Source: Phoronis australis (Eukaryota > Animalia > Phoronida). From it: 64,000 bases of DNA. Location of the stretch: contig NMRA01000071.1 of the NCBI GenBank assembly GCA_002633005.1, positions 579,958 to 643,957 of the forward strand, in the 5' to 3' direction. Position 1 is the stretch's first letter. Each line of letters begins with the position of its first letter. This document shows, in pieces, positions 49,670 to 63,870 of this stretch. The position numbers and the translations under genes are program-made. The notes under the pieces are model-generated. The model was given only the letters and a program-made list of their open reading frames with translations. It was not told where the DNA came from and made no database searches.

Positions 49670-52600
49670 TAACAGCCTGGTCTGCTTGCTTTCATATCTT
49701 CATCAGCACCTCGATCTGTTTTACTTGAACATATGTTTCTGAGACATGATATTATGAAAATATTAAAAAATATTTAAATTTGACTTCGATTGGTATTAAC
49801 GTGCAAAATAACTGCATTTCTATACACTTTAGAAAAGGAAGGTTAAATATTACTTTAAAAATACATAAAATATTTGCGGGTTGCTTTCACAGAATCAGTC
49901 GAACATTATTCATTTCTTATTTGCAGGCACTTAACAAGTATGTCGGCATTTAGTTGACGAGAAAAAGCAAAGAGCAGAGTAGCCACGGCTCAAGTGACCC
50001 CATGTCAATTGACTCAACTCTACTCAACTTAGACATTTTGATTTTCAAGATTTTTCAAAACTGGCACAATGATTTTAAAAAATTGGCTTTATAAATTATG
50101 AAACACACTATTATCAATTGTTACAAAATAGGGCTCGGTGCAGAAATGAACACGACAGGCAATGTGGAATAAAGACACCTGATTTGATCAAATTTTACTA
50201 AAAATGCAAATTTTCGTAAAACGTTCCTTGCACGAGCCAAATGACCTGCTAGCGCAAGCGCTTATGCCGAGGAAAAGCTAATGCCACTTATTGACCGACA
50301 GGTGGCGTCGTTATCTGTTTGTATTAATCCTTGTGCGAGTTATAGGGCGGAGTGGCTCAACTCTCCGTGTGGCTCTACTCGCCCGAATCTCCCCTACATC
50401 AGTGTACATGCCAGAGGAGCGGGATGTTTCAGTAGTTTTTTGAGGGGAGGGCTGCAGAACATTATCGAATATCTACAGATCATTTGTCGGATTTCGATGA
50501 AAATTCACCGTAAGTGAGGACGTTGCAGCACCAGTCGATGTTATGGTGGACTTGACGACTGCAGCCAATTAATCTATATCAGTAAAACTTGACACAGACT
50601 GCATGATGGCACTGCGTAGTCACCAGTCGATGTCTGCAGTTTTGTTTGTTAGAGCAACCTGTAGTGACCATTTATCTGGTTGACCTGTTACCCGTTGTTC
50701 CGCATTTCAATAATCTCTGGCCATTTTGAAGAAATGTGGCATGTGGCGTGTAGAAGGCGTCTCTAGGCCAGTGCAATTTATTTATTGTCACGGGGGTGGG
50801 AGCTTTTTCCAATTTTTACCAAGATTTTTGACTTTGTCATGGATAATATTTTTTATGAGAGAAACAAAGCGAGCGTAAAATTATGAGCGTACAACTCAGT
50901 TCTTCACAGGTCACGTGGCCACGGTCGTAAAACACCAGCGAAGTCTCGACTCGGTCATAGTAAGTACGAGCGTAATTACGCAGGACGACACTTTCACCGA
51001 ACGGCCCACGATATGTTATCACTCTAGATACGCTGTTTGTCATTGGTATCGATTGTATTGATCACCATTTGTAGCGGATTCCAATCATCCTCATTCATAG
51101 AATTATCGGACAGCATGTGACTGTGAAACTCAGTCAATGATAAAAAATGTTAAAGCTGCTTGTCAAAACAAATATCGAATTAAACCTTTTACTCAAATAA
51201 AATTGAGATATCGCAAAATTCCTTAACACTGGAATAGGCACTGTACACTCGAGCGCTCACGTCTTGCTGTAATAGCATAGGCCTATACTGCGCCGCTTTT
51301 AGTCACTCAGTAATGTATAGAGTACCCTGTATCCCAAGATATCACTACCGATGCGCCTCAGCTACTAGGTGACGTATTCCCACTGCATCCTTGGTTGCCC
51401 AGTCATAGAGAGGCGACAGGCGAGTTTCTTTGCCTGGTCCCTCAACCCCGGGCACGCCGTAGTCTACGTCCCCTATATACGTAGTTCTCTTTAACTTTCC
51501 TTACATGGATGTATAGGTCTCCATTGCAATACGATCAGACATCAGTCAGCTATTGGGACGCAGCTCAATGGGACATTATGCAGAAATACGATCGATCTTG
51601 GGCGAATTTAAGACTGGATGAGTTCACGTCCAACCAAAATAGCTGCCTTCTCTGATAATGACTGGTCTGTGATGAATTGGCGGAAATGTGCTCAACAAAT
51701 ATTTACTGTGTGCATAATTACTGGTCATTCGGCCTATTTGGTCACCTGTCAGTTCATACCTTATCAATGCCGATTTGTATCATTTCTTGGAAGAAACACA
51801 ACGAGACTAGAATCCAATATACTCTGACTACAATAGACGTCTGTCACAAAACGTGAATAATGCTCGATATTAATTGTATCACGTTCTATTGTGAAGTTTA
51901 TCATTTGGGGTTAGCCTACACGCAGCAAGTTCTGCAATCGATTACCCATCTTCAGTGGGGTTTATGATCATGATCGTTTGCCGAGTTCCATTGGAAATCA
52001 ATAGCCAAACAATGCCTCGGGTTTTACTCACCTGTCGGTCCACCTGTGAGTAGATTGATTGCATACCAGAGAGAGAAGACACAGCAGGTAAGACATAGTG
52101 GAACTGCTTTTAAATAATAGTCTGATTTGTTGAAGATTCGAAACATGGTTCAAAATGCAAATATGTTATTTGCAAAATCTTTAAGCAGCTATAGAACCCG
52201 GCTTTCGTCACAGGAACCAACATTAGATTTGGATAACATATTGATGATGAAATTGATCTCAACTTGTCCTAGTTTAGATGAAAAGTAATTCTGAGATACC
52301 AAATAACTGACACTCGAGTGTCTTCCTTCGAGATGATGCTCAGCGGCATAAAATGACACGTCCGGACAAGCCAAACGTGTAGAGCCTTATCCTAGTCTAT
52401 TTTGAAGTCTAAAATCACTTGCGGGTAGTTGACTGATGTTTTTTACATGAAAGCTGATTTTTTGAAAAGCGGGTTTTTGCCGCGTGTTCAACGAAACGAG
52501 TTGTAAATTCGTCACCATCCTCTCTTCCGGTTTGTCAACTACATTTCAAGCGCCAACCACCCACGTCCTCAGTCCAGTTGACATTTTCCTGACCGTCCAG

Positions 52601-53164
52601 GCAATGAGATGTATTGGTCAGCCATGCGAGCTAGTCTAACACTGAGACCATGCCGGGTTAAAAGGAAAATTTTGTTGTTGCCACTGAAAACGAGCATTTT
52701 CCTTGATTTCTGAAGTAGGCTACAATTGCCCACTCGATGGCTCTACTTTGGCCAGGTCGCTGTTTTCAAGTAGCACTGAGACAAAATCCCACGACCCAGA
52801 TCGCATTCTGTAATTAGAAGTTGCCGCACGGCAGATTTTCAACTCGTCAAGTTGCCACTGAAAACGCCCTTGATTCTAGACTTTCACCTTCTTAGCGTAT
52901 TTTGTCCCGTTGGCGAACAGATTCACAAGCAGGCACACAATTTATGTGGTCATGACGTATATTGGTAACTTATTAATATATGATATGACTGTGTGACTTT
53001 TGTGTATTCTCATCATTTATTGGTCACCCAGAATGTTCTCGCTGGCCCTGCGAATGCACATCAGTTTGAAGGCTCGGACGATACAACGTTCACAGGGATG
53101 CCCCTGTGGACGTTCATGAGCGCCAAGGCAGAAAACCTGATATCGTGTTTTGTGATTTATATTC

Positions 53165-56100
53165 ATGAGCAGAAGTATCGCAGGCATGAGTCGACTGAGC
53201 CACGAGATCCATCGACTTCACCAAGCAGTACGCAAGGGCGACATCGACAAAGTGAAGCAGATATTGGACACCTACAGTAATGACGTCACGGAGCTGTGTC
53301 AGTCGACAGGAAAGGATGGAACATGCGCACTCAACACGGCTGCTGAGATGGGAAACATGGATTTGTTAAAGGTAAACAATATTACATACAGACCTTTGTC
53401 ACGAAATCTTCAGTCTTGAACTGATTGGTGTGTATGGATACTTCTGCAAATTAGAGGATCGATTTCTCCACAATCGCCTGCATTCACGTGATTTCCGGAC
53501 CACGGGAATGTTTCATGATAATGGGAGACTTAGACAGAAATTTGGTGGTACGCTCCCTCTTCGAAGTTTGCTGTGAGAGTTTAAAGCAAGTAATGATAAG
53601 CATACCATAATCTAGAACTGCCGGTTCTGCGACTTAGTTTCATTACCAATGATCGAATTTCTGGAACACATTTTTGAAATTATTGTTGATCACAGAAGCG
53701 TAATATTATTATATGCATAAGGTTGTAGTGCCCAGACAACTGTAATTCCATTGTCGTGTTTTCTTTTCATGGGAACTGTTGTAACTTCTATAGAAATGAA
53801 GTTCTGCATCATACATTGCCTATTCCGTTTCCTAATTCCACAAGCTACAGAAATGTGTCTGTGATTTTCTGTGAAGAACTTTAAAACATAGGACTTGAAT
53901 GAGAAAAAAACGAAGACTCTAGTATTGCCTGAAAAGGATGAATGTTTTTATTTTGACAGTCAAATTATCAAATCAGAATGTTATAGCTGATGGAATAAAA
54001 AAGAAATTGACAATTTTATGTGGAAATTTTCATTTTTGTTACTTGTGGATGCAGGTATGGTGATCTCAAAAAACAAATATTAAAAAAAAAACTCCGTCAT
54101 GTGATACCGTCTTGCCTATTAAGAAATTGTGTTCGTACTTATAACTGCTTTCTATAATTCTGTGACCAACACGTCGTGACCTTACAGCTAATTTATGAGC
54201 GAAATTTCTTGAAATTTGGGACATAATTGGTTTTTCGAACAAAAGGCGCTTTTTGGGCTATTGTTGGATGGCACACTATTCTTGATGTTATTAACTTTCA
54301 TCAGATCTATAAAGCAACAAAATCAGGTTTTTATAATTTTCTTATGAATCCCTAATTCTTGCCGTTGTCTGTGAGACATACGCTGAAACCATGGCGATGT
54401 ACATGTACTTGCCATTTCAATACGCTCTGGTATTTAGCGCGTGGGATCTAGCCTTAGGCTGCCATTGCGGATGTACGTTGTTGCTGATTTGAAAGAAAAA
54501 TCGTTTGTCGCCGATAACGTCCCTTTAAGCAATAGTTGGTACCTTGACAAAAGGAACTAGTGATGAGGTGTATTGGTGTTAACGGCAGGTATACGATATT
54601 TGAACTGTCGTTATGCTTCACGACGTTCTGATATTTTCTTGTTGAACGTAGTTCTGTGAAGAGGGATAGTAGCTGGCACCTAGAGTCGTAACGGTGGTAA
54701 ATGTGTTTAAAATGTTTATAACGAACGAAAAATATAATGTAAGATCATTGATGTGAAGCCTTATAGCGTGAAATAGTAGAAGAACACTGTATTGACCACA
54801 GAGGTACATTGTATTGACCCCAGAAGTACATTGTATTGACCCCAGAGGTACATTGTATTGAACCCAGAGATCGTAAAGTGCATTTGATAGTTCTTGAATT
54901 TTACGTTCTTCAACTGGTACTTGTATATAATGATGACGTCATTACCAGGTGCTACTGGACGCCAAAGCTCCCATTGACAACCAGAACTCATCAGGAATGA
55001 CAGCTCTTATGTCTGCATCAACAAACGCAAGTAAGTCACATCATTGCCAACGTTACTAAAACGTCAATTCGATCAAATCAACAACTTGTTCACAACTGTC
55101 GTGGTCAATTGGGACTGTTTCTAATGTATTGCTGTGGAACTGTTTCTAATGTATTGCTTATAAACAGGCTTGACGTGTTCAGGGATAGAGATTCATAGAT
55201 GTAAGAGTCTCTCTAGGGAATATACTGTGATCTCGTGCTTGTAATACTGCGTGGCGATATCTCGCTAAATCTTGCATGTTCTTAGCGATACAGCTTTGCA
55301 ATCTTTCTGCCAAAACTCATGATTTTGCTACTTTATCCTAGGGAGGCATCGAACTTGTGGCCAAAACAACCGCGGTCTCGCGTGGTCTTGTTTTTCTTCC
55401 AAAATTGGCGTACTTATCACATCCTTATTTCATATTTTTCGCCAAACACATAGCGTTGTTCCACAGTCTGGTACCTGTGCATGGCGTGTTAAGTGTTATT
55501 GTCCAGTTTGTACCATCGATCACAGTGTTCGGGTGCAACACCGATTATTGATCACGCGATTGATTAAGTTCTGTCTATGAACAGCGATTGATAATTAACT
55601 TTAATACACGCATCACAGGTGCATTTCTTAAATACAAACAGCTTAAACACGGCAATCTCAAAACATGATATCTAGACTGCACTGGTCTCAACAATTCCGT
55701 TGTCGTCCGTCCAAGCAATATTGTTTGGCAATAGACTGCATCAACTGGTGTGAAGCACTGAGGCCAATTTTGAAACGCCTTTGTTACCAGCTAGTGTGCA
55801 CTTTAAGACCTGCTTGGCAACTCTGAAGAGGGATTCCGAGGGCAATCAGTTACTATCATGTTATGGGAAATTTTCAAACGCATTTTGAGTACTGAGTCCT
55901 AACTGTGTACCTTTTCTATTTAATTTGCGGCTGCGAAGGGATTGGGTAGAAATGAAGAAACAGATTTCTGATTGTGAACTAGTTTGCACAAAGCCACGAA
56001 CTTTGGTAACGTAAGTCTATGATGAAAATTTAAAATGATACCTATTGAATAACTTTGATTATCTTAGGGTGCCAATTCCACTGTTCAAAAACACATGTAG

Positions 56101-58273
56101 CAACGTGACGTGGCAGCGAGATTTGAGTCTTGTTATCCTGGACATAAATTCATAGCAGTCCAACCTTGGTTTTTTTTCTTAATTTTGAGCTGTCTAGTTA
56201 CTTGTCTGGAGATTCATGGATTCGTTCTTCCTCCAGAGCTGTATCCAGTTGTCAATTTCCTCCTATCGTACGATGCTGACGTGGATATTCAGCGTTCGGA
56301 TGGTTCTACAGCACTCCATCTGGCGGCCGTCATGGGATGCACGGATATAGTAAAGGAACTTGTGTTGACGGCGAACGTGAATATGCAAAATAAGCAAGGG
56401 ATGACGCCACTGTGCTTGGCTGGTAAGTAACATACATGTAGTGTCTTTTGCGTGAGTGAGGAATATCAATTCAAAGTAGCCGAATACACCAAACTTCAAT
56501 GCGGACGGTCCCAACCTTTGGGTATTCCGTCAAAGCACATGGCAAACACCTCTTTGTGTCAGAGCTGGACCACTGGTACTGACGCCTACCACTTGGAGCA
56601 TTCTTTAGATACTGTAATAATATTGAAAGTTATTGGTGAAACTCCGTTCGACACTCATCTTGGCAAGGGGGTGTCTACAGATAGTTACGGAAGTAGCTTG
56701 TAAACAATACATACGAAACTGTGTACCATTTAATGACACAACTATGTATTTGTATCAAAGCCATGTGTTGCACCCCATCCAAGTTATACTGTGCATTTAT
56801 CACGTGTTTCATATTTAGCTCAAGAGGGCAAAAAAGACACCGTGCATGCACTTCTCATGGCTGGTGCAGACGTAAATATTCAAAACGAGGCTGGGAACAC
56901 CCCGCTCCTACTAGCGGCACAGTTTGGACAAACGCACACAGTGAAGCAGCTTCTGGCTCGATATGCGAAGACAGACACGCGCAACAATGAAGGTAACTTT
57001 GTTGTAGTTGTATCAATTGCTTCACATGGTTGCCAATCGGCACAATGCACCAGCTGCTATCTCTATAGGTGAAGTGAGAGTAATTTTGAATTAACTGTAT
57101 AGGATGGGTAATGTAATAGCCTATCTTCCATCTCGAAATACGAAGCGAAAGTAATTTTGATATCAACGTAATATACAGAGATTATTACTTGGCGAAGTCG
57201 TTATCCCCCGTTATCTAGAGCCCGAGTGGATTTTGGAGAATTTATGGGTTATTACACGGTTGTATCTGCCATTCGAGGCTAATATTGTGGTATAAACAAG
57301 GTTATCCGTACACTTGGATTTCTGGGTCTGTTTCGTCTAATGTCTCAACTTTCATTTAAATCATGCTGTGAACCAGACCCCCGATACGTAGGTGAAAACC
57401 TGCGTGACGATGTTTTGATCAGAGTTGTTCCTGTCTCTGCCAACTTTACGATTTGGTGAACGTGTCTGTTATCACCAAGTAATCAGGCGCCATTTTTCAT
57501 TTTAAGGCATGACAGCTCTTCTTAAAGCATCTCAGAAAGGAAAACAAGAGGTGGTTGACGCGCTGATGGCTGCCGGAAGTGACGTCAAGGTTAAAGATAA
57601 AGACGGATTTACTGCCTTGCACCTAGCATCGCAGAACGGACACAAAAACGTAGTTGTGTGCTTGGTTGGTGTTGTCCCCGACGTGAATGCTAGGAACCTC
57701 AACGGCGCCACACCACTTTATTTGGCGGCTATGTTCGGTCATTCCCAAGTGGTCCATCTGTTACTTCGGCGTAAGGGGGACATAAATCTAGCGAGAAACA
57801 ACGGAATGACACCATTGCATGCAGCTGCATCTGCGGGACGTCACGAGGTGGTCGCTGAGCTGCTGGAAGGTGGAGCAAACACCAAACTTCAGGACAACGA
57901 TGGAAACACACCACTAGACCTAGCTTTGAACAAAGGTCATGACAAAGTCATTGAGCTTTTGGACAAAGGTGGAGTCAGGATTGAACGAAAACCATCGGCA
58001 TCTTTGAACGAGCTTTTCATTAAGACGGCAGGTCTCGCGGGACATGCGGGTAAGAAGTTGATTCGCCATTTAAAAGCGGTTGAAGCCTCGAAGATGAACA
58101 GTTACTTGCAAGAGTTGGTGGCTAACTATCCCGTGTTGAAAGATCAGACATACGAAGGACTTCTTCAGTGGAAGCGTTACCAAGGTGACGACGCCACAGA
58201 GGAGGCGCTTATCAAAGCTCTGCGCGAATGTGGTCTTTCAAATATGGCCGAAAAGTTAGAAAAAACGGAGTAG
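53165..58273 (+). CDS. Ankyrin-repeat (11 repeats) and death-domain protein (ANKDD1-like architecture), 5 coding exons, ~471 aa
   Basis: Exons 53165-53371 (start could be ATG 53186), 54949-55030, 56237-56422, 56819-56992, 57507-58273. Phases 0,1,1,1, total 1416 nt. Repeated G-x-T-[AP]-L-x-x-A motifs. The C-terminus LKDQTYEGLLQWKRYQGDDATEEALIKALRECGLSNMAEKL has the death-domain helix 4-6 pattern. A probable 5' non-coding exon ends at donor 52087/88 (CAG|GTAAGA). Confidence 0.9.
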
Positions 58274-59848
58274 TTACAGTGTGTGGTTGCACAACTAATT
58301 GTGTAATTGACAGACATGCAGTTGAGAGTCGTGGGCTCGTAAGCTTATCTTGGAACTCCAACAGTTTTGCTTTAGAATGTACTCATTAATCGATTTGGTT
58401 ATACTATTTGACTTCATAACCCAAGCTTGCACTTGATAACCGTTGGGTTTCTAGCAACACACTCTGCTCAAAAGACGTCAGTCCTAATGTAGCTGTACTC
58501 CGCTAGCACAGACTCGAAGTCGCCAGTCTTGGAATTCTATTCCGCAGATTAGATTTGGACATGTTGTTATTTATGAAGTTACTCCAATTTTTGCTCGTGA
58601 AACACATTTAACCTATTTTTAGCATTACCGGATGTTTGAATTTGACCTGTTTTTTGATTTTGGTATCGTGTGCCTAAGTGAATTGTGATCAATACTAAAC
58701 ACTAACTGATTTTTAGAGTTTGGAATTTTCCAGAGAGACACATGTCTTCAAAGCGTGGTTTAGTGTGTAGCGTACCTCATGGTACACGCTTACACACGCT
58801 AGCTTTGACTACATTGACATGCATAACTGGGACCTAAATCATGTTGTAACCAATACACTCGAAGGCATCATTTTGTGAGGACGGTGATTTTTTGTAAGAG
58901 CGAAACAGCATGCTCTTAGTTCGCATTCAAGTTTAGCGCCCGTCTTCAAAAGCACTAACATTAACGATACGACCACCTTTCCTACGACCAGACATTTATG
59001 CAACATGTAATAAACGGGGCCCCCATTTTGTCTACAGCGCGAGAACGTTACCATCACAGAGACTTGTAAAAGAAATAAAAACACACTATTTTCACTACTT
59101 TGTAAAATGATATTTACAATAAATGAATGGAAACAATATATTCATACATGTACATACTTTGTAAAATGGTATTTACAATAAATGAATGGAAACAGTATAT
59201 TCACACATGTACATACTTTGAACAAGTCCGAGAAAAGTAATTACATCCTGAATTTCCATAAAGACTTGATTCAAATTTTTGTAATTCAAGAAGACGTGTT
59301 TTGTGAAATTTGAGCGATATTGATCCTGCTCAACTGATCCACCTTGATCGATGAAATAAAGCATACCAAACACTAACTATGGAAACAGTTAACTGCGAAT
59401 ATTAGATTACACATGAATAAAATGTATATGCAAGTCATTAACCTGACCAAAACTGAAAACTTTAGAAGTAACAAACATGACAGTCGACGATTTTCAACAT
59501 GCATTGCACTGGAAATGGGTTTTAATTTACTTTAATTGCATTAAAGTTCATATGAACGCTCAAACAATACCGGAAAAGGACACGAGTTTGAACTCTTTGG
59601 AGGGTCTGATTCCCTGTCCATTCATATATTAGCGCCACGGCGATTACTATCGATTGATAAGTGACCCGCTTTTGGCGTACCCACAATTTCCTGAATTTCA
59701 TATTCACGCCGCTTTCTTAATGGGAGATTCACGGAAGGCGGGGGGTTGATGATGATGGAATCAATTGTCTATACTTCTTGATTTTTGTCAAATCGTACGC
59801 CCTTCCATGTTAAGGAAAATGGCCTGATGACGGGAAGAGTGGAACCCG

Positions 59849-60456
59849 ATGATGTCAGTCTTTTCCGTTTTTTAAGATAAAGCCATTTATATTGGAGTAT
59901 TTAGGCAGCAGGTCTTTTACGTTAAGGGGCCCCCCTCTCAAGCAGGGTACCCCATACATGGCAGGCCAAGGCAATATCATCCCTTGCCTCCCTACCCAAT
60001 AAATTCCAACACTGTCAACTATTCACGAGGAGATGTAAAGTTTGTACAAAGCACGCCACGAACAAATCATGCCCTTTAAATGAACAAACACATCTGACAC
60101 AGTATTCATTGTAAATATAAAGAAATTGAAGACAGCTATTTGTGAAGTACAANATGATGTCAGTCTTTTCCGTTTTTTAAGATAAAGCCATTTATATTGG
60201 AATATTTAGGCAGCAGGTCTTTTACGTTAAGGGGCCCCCTCTCAAGCAGGGTACCCCATACATGGCAGGCCAAGGCAATATCATCCCATGCCTCCCTACC
60301 CAATAAATTCCAACACTGTCAACTATTCACGAGGAGATGTAAAGTTTGTACAAAGCACGCCACGAACAAATCATGCCCTTTAAATGAACAAACACATCTG
60401 ACACAGTATTCATTGTAAATATAAAGAAATTGAAGACAGCTATTTGTGAAGTACAA
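59849..60456. other. Apparent 304-bp tandem duplication across a single N (probable unmerged contig or haplotype overlap)
   Basis: 59849-60152 and 60154-60456 are nearly identical (2 substitutions, 1 indel) and are separated by one N. Confidence 0.85.
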
Positions 60457-62025
60457 CAGAAAGAAACAACGTGGTAGAAGAATGTGAAAATCGAGGATGA
60501 TGCACTCCGTACTTCCCTGTTGAAGTGAGCATCTCACAACATCTCACCAAATGCATTGCTACCCTTGGTATACAGAAAAGACATCGTAAACCAATCCTAG
60601 ATGATGCCTCATGAACTTCTCTCCGAGCCAGAAAAAACACAGGCGTTCATTGTCTCACAATATGAATAGATCGAATACACAGACGTTCATTGTCTCACAA
60701 AATGAGTAGAAATACACAGACGTTCATTGTCTCACAATATGAATAGAAAAAAGACGGTTGAACGCTCTTGAAACGTGTTTCACTCACCAACATTTGGTCC
60801 GAAGGCCAGAGACATCTGTACCGTCAAATGATTGGGAACTGAAATTGAAAGAATCTGCCACGATAATGACTATTCATGAAGATAAACAGCCCTGTCCTGA
60901 GATCGCTAGAACATCTTATAACAAGAGATTGCGTTCAACAGTTTGCCAGCAATATATCTAGCAGAGCATACACTACCGCTGATAAAAGTTTGCTTGACAA
61001 GATCGTAATCCCTTCAGATCTGGTAAAACTATTTGTAAGATCATCAACACACAACACAAGTAGAAACATCAAAACGTATGTAATATTAACTGGAAAATCT
61101 AACAACGGAGGGTGAGATGACCCATTTCATAATACTAGAAGAGAGTGGAACATCAAACTATTGAACACCAGAAAACGAGGAAAGTGCACTTGAGTGTCAA
61201 GGCCTGAATAATGTCATCACGCTGGAATGGATTCATACTTATCTTACCCATACGGCGTATTAGTCCAGTGTCGACTTAGATACAAACTGGTCACACCATC
61301 GATTGGTATGTATAAAGCAGATGCCATAGTCTAGCCGGTGAATCACAAGGATAATGCCTGCTACCATCTCACTCCAAACAATGGAATGAGACTCATTGCG
61401 TGTAGCTAAACAGGATTCCGCTCAAACCACTCAGCCGCAGACCTGTATGAAGAAACAAGCCAGTCACGAACAGACCAATCATCATGCATTGTACTTAAAG
61501 GTCTCCGACGTGAATGACGAACAATAACTCAATGAAGACAGAATTGCTTTCATGATAGAGGACAGTTCCTGACCCAAACGTCTTTCTTCCTACACGTATG
61601 TAGTTGGTACTTGTAGCAGTAGCATCCATTGTGTGCTCACCTATAATATGATACATAACATTAGAAGCCATGATCCAGAAATTCTTCTATGACTGCCTTT
61701 TACTCACATGTTCGATGATTTTGTAACGAAAAAATATCACTTTGTCCTGAAGAATTGTAAGAAAAGCATTTCTGTTGAACTTCATGATCAAGAAAGTATG
61801 CTATTTATGAACATTTACCAGACTGTCAGGAGTACGATCTTTCATCACCATGTATAGTGACCTTGTCTCTGAGACTAGGCATACTAGCACCACAGCACAG
61901 GCTAGACGACTTCGATCCAATCTAATTCGTGATTGCCCATAGCGATGACGTCAAGTAACTTGGCAACGAAGGATGGCCCTACTTACTTTTAATTCCATGT
62001 CGATGTCTGCACGGGCTTGGCTTAG

Positions 62026-62512
62026 TACCCCCGTCACACCAGAGGCACGGTGCCACTACGGTTTTTGGTCAAAACCGCCATCACCGTGGGGACACCGCCA
62101 ATAGAGTTTCATAGTTTATACCTTCTTGTCACACGTGTTTTTCTTCACTCCACGGAATCGCCGTAATTAGGTCACCAGTCTACGTTTTCGGCGATTGCAC
62201 TTTGATTGTACTGCAGAAGCACACCGGTGATCGGGAGGAGCTACTGCGGTCCTTGTACGGTGCCACAGCGGTCACGACGGTGTCGTGGCGATCCCACTGT
62301 GGATTGGCCCAACCCGTGGTGGCACTGCGGAAGTTTTGAACATGTTCAAAGTTTCCAACGTGCCACCACGATGGTCCGCGGTTTTGAGTTTTCCGCGGTG
62401 CTACAGCAACCAATGGCGAAAAAAACTGCGGAACCACGGCGATCATGTCGATGTCACTGCGGTTCATGCCGTACGGCAAGCACCGCAGTGGCACCTTGGT
62501 GTGACGGGGGTA
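62026..62512. mobile_element. GC-rich MITE, probably PIF/Harbinger-like
   Basis: Perfect 16-bp TIR TACCCCCGTCACACCA / TGGTGTGACGGGGGTA. Internal CCACGG/CCGTGG repeats. TSD unclear, so the superfamily is inferred. Confidence 0.8.
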
Positions 62513-63095
62513 TTCGCGACAGGATATTTATTATTTAACTGTGCGTACATACTGCGTTGGAGATGGTGCGTAACAAGTGCGCAGCAATGAAGCGTGTTTT
62601 AAAAGATTTTTCAGCTCATTTGGCAATTCAAATATAGACATCGATGTAAGCAAGAACTTGACAGCAATTTGGGCTTGCTCGAAGTCGACTGCACGCTGGA
62701 ACGAGATTATCGGACTTGGGAGTTCAAAATGTAACGATGTTTGTACGCATGCTCCACGTCCCCATTTCCGATCGACATGAACTTCGAACACAACATGTCT
62801 CATTTACACATCAAACTTTTTGTTTTAGGGATAACTCTGCCCAAAGGTAGCGCTTCGACAATTAAACCCCAAGGCCTTGGCAACGATTTACGTGAGTGAA
62901 TATCGACTGTTACGCGAGTGTACTCGTGAGCAGCTGTCCATTTGAAGTGACTATTAATGAGAATCGAATGTTAGATTGTGGATGAAATTTATTACCTCGG
63001 ATTTTTCACTGCGAGAGCTATTTAATGACTTGCTGTCTACGCAACGTAGACCAGTGTTGTAAATAGTTCGTGAGTCAGTGCAGTAGTCGCCACGA

Positions 63096-63870
63096 TGTTG
63101 TCTGATATGTTCATCCGCTTACTTAAATGTAACTGACCACCATTGCGTCAAGAACCGGAAACTGTTTATTGTTATGCTCCGATAAACAATACAATACGAA
63201 CATAAAAACACCCTCCCTCACTTTAAACCTCTTTCAACTAAACCTCCAAAGTCTTAAGTTGTTAACAAACCGTACTGTACTAAAAGTCTTTCCGCTACCC
63301 TAATAAACTAACTAACTATAACTAACAGTGAACTAGTGCGTCTCATAGTCCTCCAGATATTTGGATGGGTGGTAACCAATCTTCCCGCCCGCGTTACAAT
63401 TCGAAACCTTTCTGGAGATTCTAGCGACGGTGACGGAGGTTCCGGTGTACTGGTGTCCCTAGTTGCTTGCATATCCGACGGTACAGTTCCTTCAGGAGTC
63501 GGGGCTTCGACAGGTTCGTGATACGGACGAAGATCGTGTCTGTCAAAGTAAGTCCTGCCCAACTCAACTGAATAAGACCTGTTGGTCAGCTGCTTATGTA
63601 CTTTCGCATCTTTCCATTGTGTGCGATGAGAGTTAAAGTACCTGACTAGGACTGGTGTTTATTCCTTAATGGGTTCAAGAGGCTTAGTGTTCTTGTTGTA
63701 AGACTTAGCTACTTGTTTTCTCCGCTTATCTTTTTCTACTCTGTTTCTTAGAGATCGGCCATCTAGTTTTGTGTATCTGCCCAACAACCGCTCTGTGGGG
63801 GTCTTTGACAAGGTAGCTGTAGGAGTATTACGGTATTCTAGTAATAGACCGGCAGCCCAGAGCACTTAGC
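63096..63870 (-). mobile_element. Decayed Ty3/Gypsy LTR retrotransposon 3' end (integrase C-terminus, PPT, short LTR)
   Basis: Minus-strand peptide LLEYRNTPTATLSKTPTERLLGR...KQVAKSYNKNTKPLEPIKE*..VLVR..W..AKV...RSYSVE...TRAGRLV is typical of a Gypsy integrase C-terminus, with an in-frame stop. Purine tract AAAGTGAGGGAGGG (63224-63211) is followed directly by TGT at 63210. The putative LTR contains AATAAA and ends ..ACAACA at 63096. Confidence 0.75.

Noticed and set aside
59849-60456. 304-bp direct repeat that could be mistaken for LTRs
   Set aside because: The copies abut across a single N and differ at allele level, so this is an assembly artefact.
60500-61860. Coding-like stretch with short broken ORFs
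   Set aside because: No recognisable domain or consistent splice structure; it may be a decayed element. BLASTX is needed.
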